Shown: positions 17,220 to 25,900, counted from the stretch's first letter. The stretch: 64,000 nt of DNA from an uncultured Gemmatimonadales bacterium (GCA_963739455.1 CAVUAK010000002.1:352001-416000); one strand, 5' to 3'. A program made the numbers and translations. The notes: a model not told the origin generated them from the sequence alone.

Positions 17220-18014
17220 GTGATCCGGCTGTCCCTGCCGCGCACCAAAGCGGCAACGTTCTGCATCAACTTCCTGCCCGATGATGAGAGCCTGCCGTGG
17301 CCCGCTGGCACCGGCTTCTTCGTGTCGCCCGACGGCGTCTTCATCACAGCGGCCCACGTCGTCACCGAGGACGGCACCCCGACCGGCAAGGTGCGCGACA
17401 ACCTCGGGACCGCTCATTTCAATCGCGAGGCCGCTCACGAGCCCGGCGGTGCCTCCGTGCATTCGCCCTCGCTGATCGAACTGATGCCGTCGCATGACAT
17501 CGCGATCCTGCGCGTCCCGTTTGAGAAACACACGCCTGCGTTTCCCGGTCCCGGCTTTCAGCACCTCCATGTGTCGCGCCGTCAGCTGGAGGACGCCGAA
17601 CCCGTCTACGCGTACGGCTATCCGCTCAGCGAAACCGTCCTCCTGCACCAAGACGAGCACCAGCAGATCGCCGCCCAGAAACTCTCGCCGCGCACGACGT
17701 CGATGATCGTGGCCTCGCAGTGGTACTACGTGCCGAACACCGTGCAGAGCACCGAGCCGGAGCGATACGCGCTCGACAAGGCACTGAACTACGGTAACAG
17801 TGGCGGACCGATCCTCGCCCAGAGCACGGGTCACGTGCACGGATGGTGCTCGCGGTTCCAGCCTGTCGAGATTCCGCAAACGCACCTCGCTGGTCCCGCC
17901 GGAGAGCCGATCCGCATCTTTATGCCGAGCCTCTACGGGATCGTCGGCAGCTTTCACAGCCCCGAAGTGATCGAGGCGCTTGAGCGCCTGAACGTCCCGC
18001 TCGTGGACGCCTAG
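17220..18014 (+). CDS. Stand-alone trypsin-like serine protease (cargo)
   Basis: GTGFFV, ITAAHVV (His), HDIAIL (Asp), GNSGGP (Ser); GTG start at 17220 (or 17214) after GAGG; no signal peptide or PDZ domain. Confidence 0.85.
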   Translation: MIRLSLPRTKAATFCINFLPDDESLPWPAGTGFFVSPDGVFITAAHVVTEDGTPTGKVRDNLGTAHFNREAAHEPGGASVHSPSLIELMPSHDIAILRVPFEKHTPAFPGPGFQHLHVSRRQLEDAEPVYAYGYPLSETVLLHQDEHQQIAAQKLSPRTTSMIVASQWYYVPNTVQSTEPERYALDKALNYGNSGGPILAQSTGHVHGWCSRFQPVEIPQTHLAGPAGEPIRIFMPSLYGIVGSFHSPEVIEALERLNVPLVDA

Positions 18015-18256
18015 CCCTCCCGTCGCGCTCGTCTCCGCATGCGCTGCCGGTCGATCTTCCGCCGGTGCTGCGCCTGCGGCGTTCGGCATCGCGTGCACAT
18101 GATGCGCGGTCTACCCCGCACACGCCGTCGCGCTGGTACCGTCACCAAGCGCGGGCAGCACAGGCACTCGACCCAGCGCCTCCCCGTGCGGGAGCACGTG
18201 TCGTGGCAGCGCACGCCCGCACACGCCACCCGCAGCAGGATGGACTCGCGCCTCAC
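18011..18256 (-). CDS. Small Cys-rich, putative zinc-binding protein
   Basis: C-x4-C, CLCC and CTRC clusters; GTGA overlap with the upstream ORF. Confidence 0.45.
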   Translation of the reverse strand: MRRESILLRVACAGVRCHDTCSRTGRRWVECLCCPRLVTVPARRRVRGRPRIMCTRCRTPQAQHRRKIDRQRMRRRARREG

Positions 18257-18705
18257 TGATCGAGCAGCACCGGTCGTGAGTCGCCATCTGCCTGCGGCAA
18301 GCGGCGTCCGCGCAAGCTCGTCACGCCCGGCAGGTAGTCCGCGCTCGCGCTGGTCGGGTATGTCTCGGCCACCACGTCAGCGACGAGCCTCGCGGCCAGC
18401 GGATTGACCACCACCTCGCGCTGCTCCCGGTAGCTCTTGCTCTCGCCCTCGCGCTGGCCGCTCTCGGCGCTCGCGTACAGCGGCGCGAGGCCCCGGGCGA
18501 GGCTGAACCCCACCTGCAGCACCAGCGCCCGGTGGAGACTCGGCGTGTCCTCGGCCTCCTCGTACACCTCCTGCGAGATCGGCAACAGGTCCGCCGCGAG
18601 CGCCACCTCCTCGCCGAATCGTGTCGGGCTCTCCATCGCCATCTGCTTCGCCTGCGGCGTGAGGAGCGGGTGCGCCGTCAGGTCCGGCAACGGGTTGAGC
18701 TTCAC
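18253..18705 (-). CDS. Hypothetical protein, weak resemblance to phage head-tail adaptor proteins
   Basis: 150 aa; helical ALVLQV segment followed by S-A-E-S-G..ESKSY hairpin-like motif; translationally coupled. Confidence 0.5.
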   Translation of the reverse strand: MKLNPLPDLTAHPLLTPQAKQMAMESPTRFGEEVALAADLLPISQEVYEEAEDTPSLHRALVLQVGFSLARGLAPLYASAESGQREGESKSYREQREVVVNPLAARLVADVVAETYPTSASADYLPGVTSLRGRRLPQADGDSRPVLLDQ

Positions 18706-18806
18706 GCGATGATCCGCGCCAGCGCCGCCGTGACCGGGTCGCGGACCGGGTCACCGGTCGTGCTCTTGAGCAACTGCGCAATCGTCGGAAACGGGTACCC
18801 TCGCAT
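18702..18806 (-). CDS. 34-aa peptide (below ORF-track cutoff)
   Basis: SD AAGGAGG; MRGYPFPTIAQLLKSTTGDPVRDPVTAALARIIA; stop overlaps the next GTG. Confidence 0.5.
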   Translation of the reverse strand: MRGYPFPTIAQLLKSTTGDPVRDPVTAALARIIA

Positions 18807-18899
18807 GTCGTGCCTCCTTGTCTCGTGAATGACCCCTGCTCGACCCCTGTCATGTGCTCGCTCACCCGGGCAGCATCGCGGTTGCTCTGACCGCCTGCC

Positions 18900-19214
18900 T
18901 TACATCGCCCGCTGCCGGGCCAGCACGTCCGCTGCTGCCGTGGCTCGGTCCTGCGCCTGCTGCAGCTTGGCGCGATTCTCGAGCGCGATCTTGCCCCGGA
19001 AGCACATCCAGTATTCCGCCTCGGTGAACGTCCATCCGTTCGCGGCGTCCTCCGCCTCGCGAGCCGCGACGATCTCCTGCATGCTCTTGCCCGCGAGCCG
19101 CATCGCTTTGCCGCGCTCGGCGCGGATCGCGTTCCGCCGCTCCTCCTCCTCGTGGCGCGCTATCTCCTCGTCCTCCTCCGCGAGCAGTCGCTCGCGCTCG
19201 ACGTACTCGCTCAC
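18900..19214 (-). CDS. Hypothetical charged helical protein
   Basis: GTGA overlap at 19211-19214; MSEYVERERLLAEEDEE... Confidence 0.55.
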   Translation of the reverse strand: MSEYVERERLLAEEDEEIARHEEEERRNAIRAERGKAMRLAGKSMQEIVAAREAEDAANGWTFTEAEYWMCFRGKIALENRAKLQQAQDRATAAADVLARQRAM

Positions 19215-19492
19215 TGGCCGTGGTAGAGCGAGTCGAGCGGCTTGTGCATCGCCTGATACGCGGCGAGGTCCGCCTCCTGCTTCACCTTCACGTCCGCCGC
19301 CTCGGCGGCGAGAAACTGATCCATCGACTCCCACTGCAGGTTCGCCTTCGCGTACGCAGCTTCGAGGACTTGCGTCTGCTGCTCCATCGTCAGGCCCTCG
19401 AAGGCGTTCTCCCGGCGCAGCTTGTCGCGCAGCCGGTCGCGCTGCTGGCCCATGTCGCGTGCGATCTTTTCCTCTTGCGTCAGTCCTGACAT
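19211..19492 (-). CDS. Hypothetical helical protein
   Basis: SD GAGGAG; MSGLTQEEKIARDMGQQRDRL... Confidence 0.6.
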   Translation of the reverse strand: MSGLTQEEKIARDMGQQRDRLRDKLRRENAFEGLTMEQQTQVLEAAYAKANLQWESMDQFLAAEAADVKVKQEADLAAYQAMHKPLDSLYHGQ

Positions 19493-19536
19493 GCTCGTCT
19501 CCTCAGTGGTGCTGATAACTGCGCTGATTTGCGCAC

Positions 19537-19716
19537 TTACTTCCGCAGCGGGGCGAGCGCCCCGTATCTGGCGCGGTACCACTCGCCCCGGCACTGCGCT
19601 GTCGCGAACTCCACGCGGACGCGGCGCTGCAGCGTGCACGTCATGCGGGGCACGCGCTCGCGCATCTCGCGCTCGTCGTGCGCCTCGGGCACCGGCCACG
19701 CCAGTGTGATGCTCAC
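19537..19716 (-). CDS. Small hypothetical protein
   Basis: GTGA overlap with the upstream ORF stop; MSITLAWPVPE... Confidence 0.35.
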   Translation of the reverse strand: MSITLAWPVPEAHDEREMRERVPRMTCTLQRRVRVEFATAQCRGEWYRARYGALAPLRK

Positions 19717-20363
19717 TCGCTGGCGCTCGGCTGTGCCATGAGCAGGGGCGAGGGCAGGCGCAGTCCGGTCGCCATCGCGATCAGCGGCGCGATCAGCGTT
19801 GTGTAGGCTGGGGCGATGCGATGCCGCCCGAGCGTCCGCAGCGCCACCTTCCCGTCGCCCGTCACGTCCTTGAGCGCCTGCTCGTGCGCGAGCAACGCGA
19901 GACACCACTCCCGCGTCGGCAGGAACCCTGCGTCGATCCGATCCGCGCCGATCGTGAGGTGCGCGTCGTAGGCCTCCACCTTCGGGTCGAGCAGTGCCTT
20001 CTCGGCGGCACGCTGCTCCGCCTGCACCCGGGCACGCTCCGCCTGCTCCTCGCGTTCACGGGCGATGCGGGCGAGCGTGGCGTTCGCCTCCTGCTCCTCA
20101 CGGTCGAGCGCGTCGAGGCGCGGGGGTTCGTCCGGCCCCTTGAACGCGGGGTGGAAGTACCCGCGCCCGTGCTCGTCCTTCGCGCCGAGCGGGAACGGCG
20201 ACGCCACGGGCTCCGCGTCCGCCGTCTCTGCCGCACTCTCGTCCAGCAACTCGACACGCTCCAGCCCGGTCCCGTCCGGCAGCGGCTGCGGCTGACTGCG
20301 GCGACGCCCGGCCATCACCGGATGCGGAACCTTGTCCACCTCGATCTTCGTTCCAGTGCTCAT
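19713..20363 (-). CDS. Hypothetical protein with central coiled coil
   Basis: ATGA overlap at 20360-20363; MSTGTKIEVDKVPHP...REEQAERARVQAEQRAAEK. Confidence 0.6.
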   Translation of the reverse strand: MSTGTKIEVDKVPHPVMAGRRRSQPQPLPDGTGLERVELLDESAAETADAEPVASPFPLGAKDEHGRGYFHPAFKGPDEPPRLDALDREEQEANATLARIAREREEQAERARVQAEQRAAEKALLDPKVEAYDAHLTIGADRIDAGFLPTREWCLALLAHEQALKDVTGDGKVALRTLGRHRIAPAYTTLIAPLIAMATGLRLPSPLLMAQPSASE

Positions 20364-20662
20364 GACTGTCCTCGGTGCCCGCGTGGGCGTTGCTGTGGTC
20401 GTGCCTTCGGCGTGATGGCAACGGCGTGGTGCCGCCTGCGCTGCCCGTGATTCCCCTTGCCGTCCGGCGCGGCTTCGGCGTCGAGGATGCCGTGCTGCAG
20501 CGCCCACGCGCAGATGAGGTCGATGCGCGCTGGGACCTCGGCCAGCGTGAGCCCGAGCACCGTCGCGATGCGCTCGGGCGACTTCTTCTCGCGCAGGGCA
20601 CGCAGGAGCCACATCGCCTCCCGCAGTTCCCGGCCCGGCGTGCCCACGCTTGGCGGAATCAC
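20360..20662 (-). CDS. Hypothetical protein, possible HTH
   Basis: SPERIATVLGLTLAEV resembles an HTH; overlapping start and stop codons on both sides. Confidence 0.5.
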   Translation of the reverse strand: MIPPSVGTPGRELREAMWLLRALREKKSPERIATVLGLTLAEVPARIDLICAWALQHGILDAEAAPDGKGNHGQRRRHHAVAITPKARPQQRPRGHRGQS

Positions 20663-21087
20663 GCGGCGCGAGCCTCACGAGGGAGCAGGTCGCCTCTCGC
20701 CGGGATGCCCTGCGCCCGCAGGTACGCGTCCATCGTCGGGGCCACCACGAGCGCCGCTCGCCCACTCATCCGGCAGAGCCCGCTGCTGTCGAGGTAGTGC
20801 CCCCTCGGGACGTTGTCGTACGGCGCGATGACGTCGAGGAGCGGCCAGTAGTGCCGGGCGATCCATCGGGCCTCCTGCCACGAGATCGGCATCCAGCGCC
20901 GCCCCTCCGGCGTCACGAGGATCGTCTCCGGTAGCTCGCCGCGACTGAACCGCAGCGGAATGCTGAGCACGGCAGTGAAGTAGTTCGCTGGGAGCTTGCC
21001 CCCACGCGGGAACGGGATAGAATCGCGGCACGTCATACGGCACCCCTGATCGGTGTTGTATCGCGAGCCGGAGGGGCGGCGCGTCAA
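20659..21087 (-). CDS. Hypothetical protein
   Basis: SD GGGAGG before TTG; protein-like composition; coupled to the next ORF. Confidence 0.5.
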   Translation of the reverse strand: MTRRPSGSRYNTDQGCRMTCRDSIPFPRGGKLPANYFTAVLSIPLRFSRGELPETILVTPEGRRWMPISWQEARWIARHYWPLLDVIAPYDNVPRGHYLDSSGLCRMSGRAALVVAPTMDAYLRAQGIPARGDLLPREARAA

Positions 21088-21109
21088 CGCTGCCTCCCGG
21101 CGTGTTGTT

Positions 21110-21469
21110 TTACAGCATGTCCGGCGACCACACGTCGGACGCCAACTCCGCCTCCCGCGCCTGTGTCAGCCGCAGGACCATGTCGTTCAACTCGGCAACG
21201 ACCTCGGCCAGCACCTCGCTCGCCTCGCCCATCGGCGCCGGGTCGTCCCGCCCTTCGATCGCCGCGAGATAGCCCTCGAACTCCTGCCGGTGCATGTCGA
21301 GGCTGCGCTTCACCCGCTCCATCTGCTCGCGGTCGTTCACCAGCTTGTTGATGCACGAGCGCAGGACGCGAGGCGCACCGCGCCGGAGCCGGGGCTGTCC
21401 GGTCAGGTTCCCGCCCTGTCGCGCCACCGCTGCCAACTGCGCAGTGATCGGGTCGTGCGTGGTGCTCAC
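21110..21469 (-). CDS. Hypothetical coiled-coil protein
   Basis: SD AGGAGG; MSTTHDPITAQLAAVARQ... Confidence 0.6.
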   Translation of the reverse strand: MSTTHDPITAQLAAVARQGGNLTGQPRLRRGAPRVLRSCINKLVNDREQMERVKRSLDMHRQEFEGYLAAIEGRDDPAPMGEASEVLAEVVAELNDMVLRLTQAREAELASDVWSPDML

Positions 21470-21740
21470 GGTGATGCCTCCTGTTGCGTCCTCAGCGCCT
21501 CGCTGGCGCGTCGTCGCGATCTACTCCGGTATCCTCCGGCCCTCGCGTCGTTCCCTCGGCAGCGGGGCGATGGCGTCGGCGTGTGCATCCGCCGCCTCGT
21601 GCGCCCGCGTAGTCAAGTGGATCAACGCACAAGGCACGTCGCACACTCTACGTGTGGCGCCACCCGCTGTGCAACGCACCGAAAGTTGACAGTCCGGTCG
21701 CTGCGTTTCCCTCTCCGGGCGCGTTGGCGCGTTAGCGCAC

Positions 21741-21920
21741 TTTTAGGGGAACTTTCTCTATAGAAATCTCTTATAGGGGTTACCTCAAAACTGTGCCGAC
21801 GTGTCAACCTGTCCGGCGTTTTCCGACGCTTCCCCCCACGTAGAACGCGTTAACGCGATTTCCCGGGAATCTCCCCGCTACCGCACAATCCCTGGAGGTT
21901 TCGGAAAAGCGTGTCAACGT
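21741..21920. other. Candidate replication origin of the element
   Basis: AT-rich tract 21741-21790 with imperfect palindrome TTTCTCTATAGAAA; GTGTCAAC repeated at 21801 and 21912; immediately downstream of the helicase gene. Confidence 0.45.
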
Positions 21921-21923
21921 GTC

Positions 21924-23414
21924 TCACCACCCATCTGTCGGGTCGCGGGGCAGTTGCACGCGCACGCCGAGCCAGCCGCGCACGCCGTTCAGCTTGTGGG
22001 GTCGGAGGCCGAAATTCGGCAGGTGCCGCCCGAGCTTCGTCGAGGTCATCGGCTCCTCGCCGTCGCCCATCGCGAACGCCTGATAGGCCGTCAGCAAGTC
22101 TTTCGACGTCGTGAACGCCGCCGGGTCCATCTCGCACTGCTCGTCGAGGAACCCGCCGATCCGGTCGTTGTTCGTCCGGTGCTGCTTCGTCGCGGCGTCC
22201 ACGATCGCACACGGCGGCAGTCGTCCCGGCGCGGTCGGCTGTTTCGGCCCGTCGTCACCGCCCTCGCCCCGGCGCCATGCCAGCGCGCCCCGGACGATCC
22301 ACGCGAGGATGCCCTCGGCCTCCGCCTGCAGCTTCTCCTCCAGCTGGAGATCGCGTTCCTCCTCCGGCACCGTGACGCTGAACGGCACCAGCCGCAGCCG
22401 CCGCCAGATGCCGTCGTCCGTCCCTCGCACCTTCGGCACGCTGTTCGTCGCCAGCATCGGCAGGTGCCTCGGCACGAAGTCGAAGAACTCGTGATAGAGC
22501 CGCCGGGCGCTGACCATGCTGCCGCCCGTCTGCACCTTGATCTTCGCCTCGGCCAACTCCACTTCCTCCGGCGTCTCCTCACACGAGACGAGGCGGCGAC
22601 CCACCGTCTTGGCGAGGTCGTTCGGCACGTCGCTGCCCTTGCCGACGAACAGCGTTAGCGGCCCCGCGATCGCGTACTCCCCGAACGCATGCGTGATCGC
22701 TCGGAGCAACTTCGTCTTGCCGTTCTGTCCCTTGCCGAAGAAGATCGCCATGATTTCCTCGCTGCCGCCGCCCGCCGCTGCGTACCCCGCGACACACTGC
22801 AGCCAGTGCCGCACCTCCTGATCGGGTTGCGCGTACCGCAGCACCCGCAGGAACAGGGCGCACTCTGCGTCCGGGTCGTACGCGTGCCCCGTCGTGAACG
22901 TGCTGTAGTCCTCGCGGTTATGCGGGCGCAATTCCCCCGTGCGCAGGTCCACCGTCCCGTTGCTGCAGGTGAGCAGGTGGTGCTGCCGGTTGAACAGGTC
23001 GGTCCTCGCCATCAGCAGCGGGTGCGACTTCGCCTGCTGCAGCACGGCGTTGAGCCGCTGCGCGTTGTGGAACTGCGTACTCGCCTTGAGCGCCTTCTGC
23101 CGATCGTCCGCGTTCTCGATCGCGTTTGCCTCCGCCGTCCGCCGCCGTGCTGTTTCCCACGCCCGCCGCGTCGCCGCCTCCTGCGCATCCGGCACCCACC
23201 GCGTCCCGTCCCACGCCATCCACCCCTCGGCCCGGGTATGGCGGAGTGTCGCGTGATGCTGCTCCGCGAAGCGCCTCGCGTACTCCAGATCGGTGAACGG
23301 GCGCTCCCCGTCGATGTCAGCGGCAGACGGCATGCGGCTGATGACTTCCGCTGCCGTGGGCTCTGGGGCGGCGTCAAGCGCGTGCCCGACCTCGGGCTCA
23401 TTGGGCGGCGTCAT
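21924..23414 (-). CDS. P4-family/D5-like primase-helicase (D5_N + SF3 helicase)
   Basis: WMAWDGTRW, LLTCSNGTVDLRTGELRPH, Walker A GKGQNGKT, TGGSMVSARRLY, ATNSVPKVRGTDDGIWRRLRLVPF. Confidence 0.92.
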   Translation of the reverse strand: MTPPNEPEVGHALDAAPEPTAAEVISRMPSAADIDGERPFTDLEYARRFAEQHHATLRHTRAEGWMAWDGTRWVPDAQEAATRRAWETARRRTAEANAIENADDRQKALKASTQFHNAQRLNAVLQQAKSHPLLMARTDLFNRQHHLLTCSNGTVDLRTGELRPHNREDYSTFTTGHAYDPDAECALFLRVLRYAQPDQEVRHWLQCVAGYAAAGGGSEEIMAIFFGKGQNGKTKLLRAITHAFGEYAIAGPLTLFVGKGSDVPNDLAKTVGRRLVSCEETPEEVELAEAKIKVQTGGSMVSARRLYHEFFDFVPRHLPMLATNSVPKVRGTDDGIWRRLRLVPFSVTVPEEERDLQLEEKLQAEAEGILAWIVRGALAWRRGEGGDDGPKQPTAPGRLPPCAIVDAATKQHRTNNDRIGGFLDEQCEMDPAAFTTSKDLLTAYQAFAMGDGEEPMTSTKLGRHLPNFGLRPHKLNGVRGWLGVRVQLPRDPTDGW

Positions 23415-24427
23415 CGTGTGCGCTCCCGAAGCAGTTGCTCGTTGCGTTCGTCCATGAGCCGCTGGTATGCCTGCTCGTATCGCTCTCGCCACGCCGCCCA
23501 CGACACGCCGAACAGCCGCTGCGTCGCCAGATCGTACGCCCGGCGGCGATCACCAGCGGCGTCCAGCGCGACGAGGAGGTCGAAGGCGTTCTTCGCATGC
23601 GTCCGCCCATCGTCACCCGGCTGGGAGAGCGGATCATCGGCGTGATGGACGTAGACCTTGCCCGTGTTCTCGAAGAACTTCACGCCCGGTGCTGACCCAC
23701 GTGCCGCGTGCGGACTGCGCCAGCGATCGCGCCGCCGCTGGTAGCCGTGCTGCGCCAACAACTCCGCCACCGTGATGCTCGCGTTGAACGTCGCGATCAA
23801 CACCTTCACCGGATGCGTGTCGCTCATCGGCGGGCGTTCGCGGCGGCCCGTGTCGATCGGAGCCGGGTCAAACGGCCACTGCTCGTACAACTGCCGCAGC
23901 GCGTCCGGCCACTGCGCCAATCCCTCGACGCGGGGATCGACGCGCCACGTGTAGCGCCCGCCGGTCGCACGCGGGCTCGGCGGCAGGATGTCGTAGCCAC
24001 TCAGCCGCACTTCGAACAGCGTCCGCTCGGGCTCGGGCTCGACCAACTTCTTCACTGTGCGCACCGTCGCGCTGTCGGCCGCGAACATCACCTTTGCCCG
24101 CTCGTGGCCCCGCTCGTCGGTGCGGCCCTCCATCCTCGCGCCCATGTCGAGCCACCCGTCCACGTCCTCGCCCGCCGCGTGCAGCACGGCGCGGGTGCGC
24201 CTGAGATTGTCCACGTCGAGCATCATGGTCTGGCTCGGCGCGTTCACCCCGGCGAAGCCGCAGCCGGGAATCCGCTCGCGCACCTGTTCCAGATGCTCGC
24301 GAGTGCGGAGCACCGCGTCTGGTCGCGCCCACGGGTAGAAGCGCGGCGGCACTTTCGTCCCGGGCACAATGGGGATCAGTCCAATGCCGAGCAGGAAGTA
24401 TTCGGCGTACTCGTCGAGGTCACCCAT
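23411..24427 (-). CDS. Bifunctional primase-polymerase (Prim-Pol, AEP) domain protein
   Basis: GIGLIPIVPGTKVP, MMLDVD, ILPPS....GGRYTW; SD GGAGG; ATGA-coupled to the helicase. Confidence 0.75.
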   Translation of the reverse strand: MGDLDEYAEYFLLGIGLIPIVPGTKVPPRFYPWARPDAVLRTREHLEQVRERIPGCGFAGVNAPSQTMMLDVDNLRRTRAVLHAAGEDVDGWLDMGARMEGRTDERGHERAKVMFAADSATVRTVKKLVEPEPERTLFEVRLSGYDILPPSPRATGGRYTWRVDPRVEGLAQWPDALRQLYEQWPFDPAPIDTGRRERPPMSDTHPVKVLIATFNASITVAELLAQHGYQRRRDRWRSPHAARGSAPGVKFFENTGKVYVHHADDPLSQPGDDGRTHAKNAFDLLVALDAAGDRRRAYDLATQRLFGVSWAAWRERYEQAYQRLMDERNEQLLRERTR

Positions 24428-24665
24428 CGAATCCTCCGCAGGCATCCGCAGTGCGTGCGGCTCCCTCGGCAGTTGCCGCGTTCGCTGGCGGACGCATCCG
24501 CTGCCCGTGCTGCTCCTCGCGTCGGGCCTCGTACTCCGCGTCACGCCGCAGCCGTCGCAGCAGGCTCTCCAACCGAACCGATTCCCTGCGCTTCATCCCC
24601 GCCTCCCCCGAACACGTTGAGCCCGCACGCCCGATCGTCGGGCGCGCAGGCAGGATTGCTGGTGA

Positions 24666-25169
24666 CTACTTCGGAGCCCGCCCTGCGAGCGTGTCATCCA
24701 CGCAGAGCGCCCGGCCATCGAGCACCGACGCGGCCTGCACCTCCACCCACGCACCCGGCGCGAACGCCGCCATCACCTGCACGCTGCCGTCGCGCTGGAC
24801 CGCACCACAGAGCAGCGAGCCGACCGCGTCCACCGTGACGGTGTCCGCGTACAGCCACATCCAGCAGTCCTCCTCGCCGGTCGGCTCGCGCACCGCCCAG
24901 AAGCGTGACCCGTACCGCGCCGGGGGGAGGGGGAGCCCACGCAGCTTCCGCTGCCGGTCGCGGCGCATCTCCGCCCGCCACGCCTGCGCTTCCTTCGCGG
25001 TGGCGAAACTCCGCTTCTCGCGATGCATCTGCCCGCCCGGCAGCTTCAGGTTCACGGCGGCTTGGTAGGGGAGGTCCGCGTCAGGGCGATGAATCACGCC
25101 CTTGACGTTCCGGGCCTCCGGTCGGCGTGACGCCTTGACCTGCGTCTCCTGCATTCGCATTCTTCCCAT
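24666..25169 (-). CDS. Hypothetical protein with AP2-like/arm-DNA-binding-like N-terminal region
   Basis: YQAAVNL..PGGQMHREKRSFATAKEAQAWRAE. Confidence 0.5.
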   Translation of the reverse strand: MGRMRMQETQVKASRRPEARNVKGVIHRPDADLPYQAAVNLKLPGGQMHREKRSFATAKEAQAWRAEMRRDRQRKLRGLPLPPARYGSRFWAVREPTGEEDCWMWLYADTVTVDAVGSLLCGAVQRDGSVQVMAAFAPGAWVEVQAASVLDGRALCVDDTLAGRAPK

Positions 25170-25299
25170 CGTCTTTCACTCCCTCGCTGGTGGTGGAACG
25201 ACTCGTCGGCTTGCTCCGTGTGTGGGGCCGACACGCGACACGTGTCAGAAGCGTGTCGCACCCCCGAGCGCCGCCTCCCAAGGGCGGCGTTCGGCTTTC

Positions 25300-25554
25300 T
25301 CAGGCGGCACTGGGTTCCTCACGGCGACGCGGGCCGGGCTGCGGTGCCCTCGCGGCAGCCTCCGCCTTCTGCCGGGCCAGATAGGCCTCGGCGCTCGCCC
25401 GCGTGATCTTCAGCCGCTTTTGCATCACGAACGCTTCCAGCTGGCCCTCCGCGATGAGCCGCTTCAGCGACCGCTTGCTGAAGTCCCATTCCACGCACAG
25501 CGTGTCCGCGTTGATGAGGCCCGTCACTCCCGTCTCCCGCCGTTCTCGTGGCAC
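25300..25554 (-). CDS. Excisionase-like HTH protein
   Basis: SKRSLKRLIAEGQLEAF..QKRLKITRASAEAYL typical of Xis/HTH_17; SD AGGAGG. Confidence 0.75.
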   Translation of the reverse strand: MPRERRETGVTGLINADTLCVEWDFSKRSLKRLIAEGQLEAFVMQKRLKITRASAEAYLARQKAEAAARAPQPGPRRREEPSAA

Positions 25555-25594
25555 CCTGCCCTCCTGCGTTGCTTCGGTTGGTAGAACGCAAAGA

Positions 25595-25641
25595 GCCCCG
25601 GGTCGCGACGACAGGATCTCTCCTGTCGTGCAACCCGGGGC
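25595..25641 (-). terminator. Long hairpin in the leader of the xis-replication operon (terminator/attenuator-like)
   Basis: GCCCCGGGT..ACGACAGGA-tctc-TCCTGTCGT..ACCCGGGGC; followed on the minus strand by TCTTT. Confidence 0.5.
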
Positions 25642-25900
25642 GATGTGAAATGCGTAGCTCCGGTCCTACTGGATTACGGCGCCGTCTCCTGCGCCGACTC
25701 GGCGTCCATCTCTCGCCGCCCGCCTACCGGCGGGGCTGATCCATGTCGGCTCGGGCGGGTGGTTTCACACCTCCGCATTCGAGCCCTCCTGCGTTGTCGC
25801 GAGTCAATCTGCGCGTTGGTGATCCAAAAGTCAAACGTCCGCTGCGCTCTGCTTCGCTCCGATTTCGTCGCGTATAACTGCCGCGAAAAGGATTCACAAA

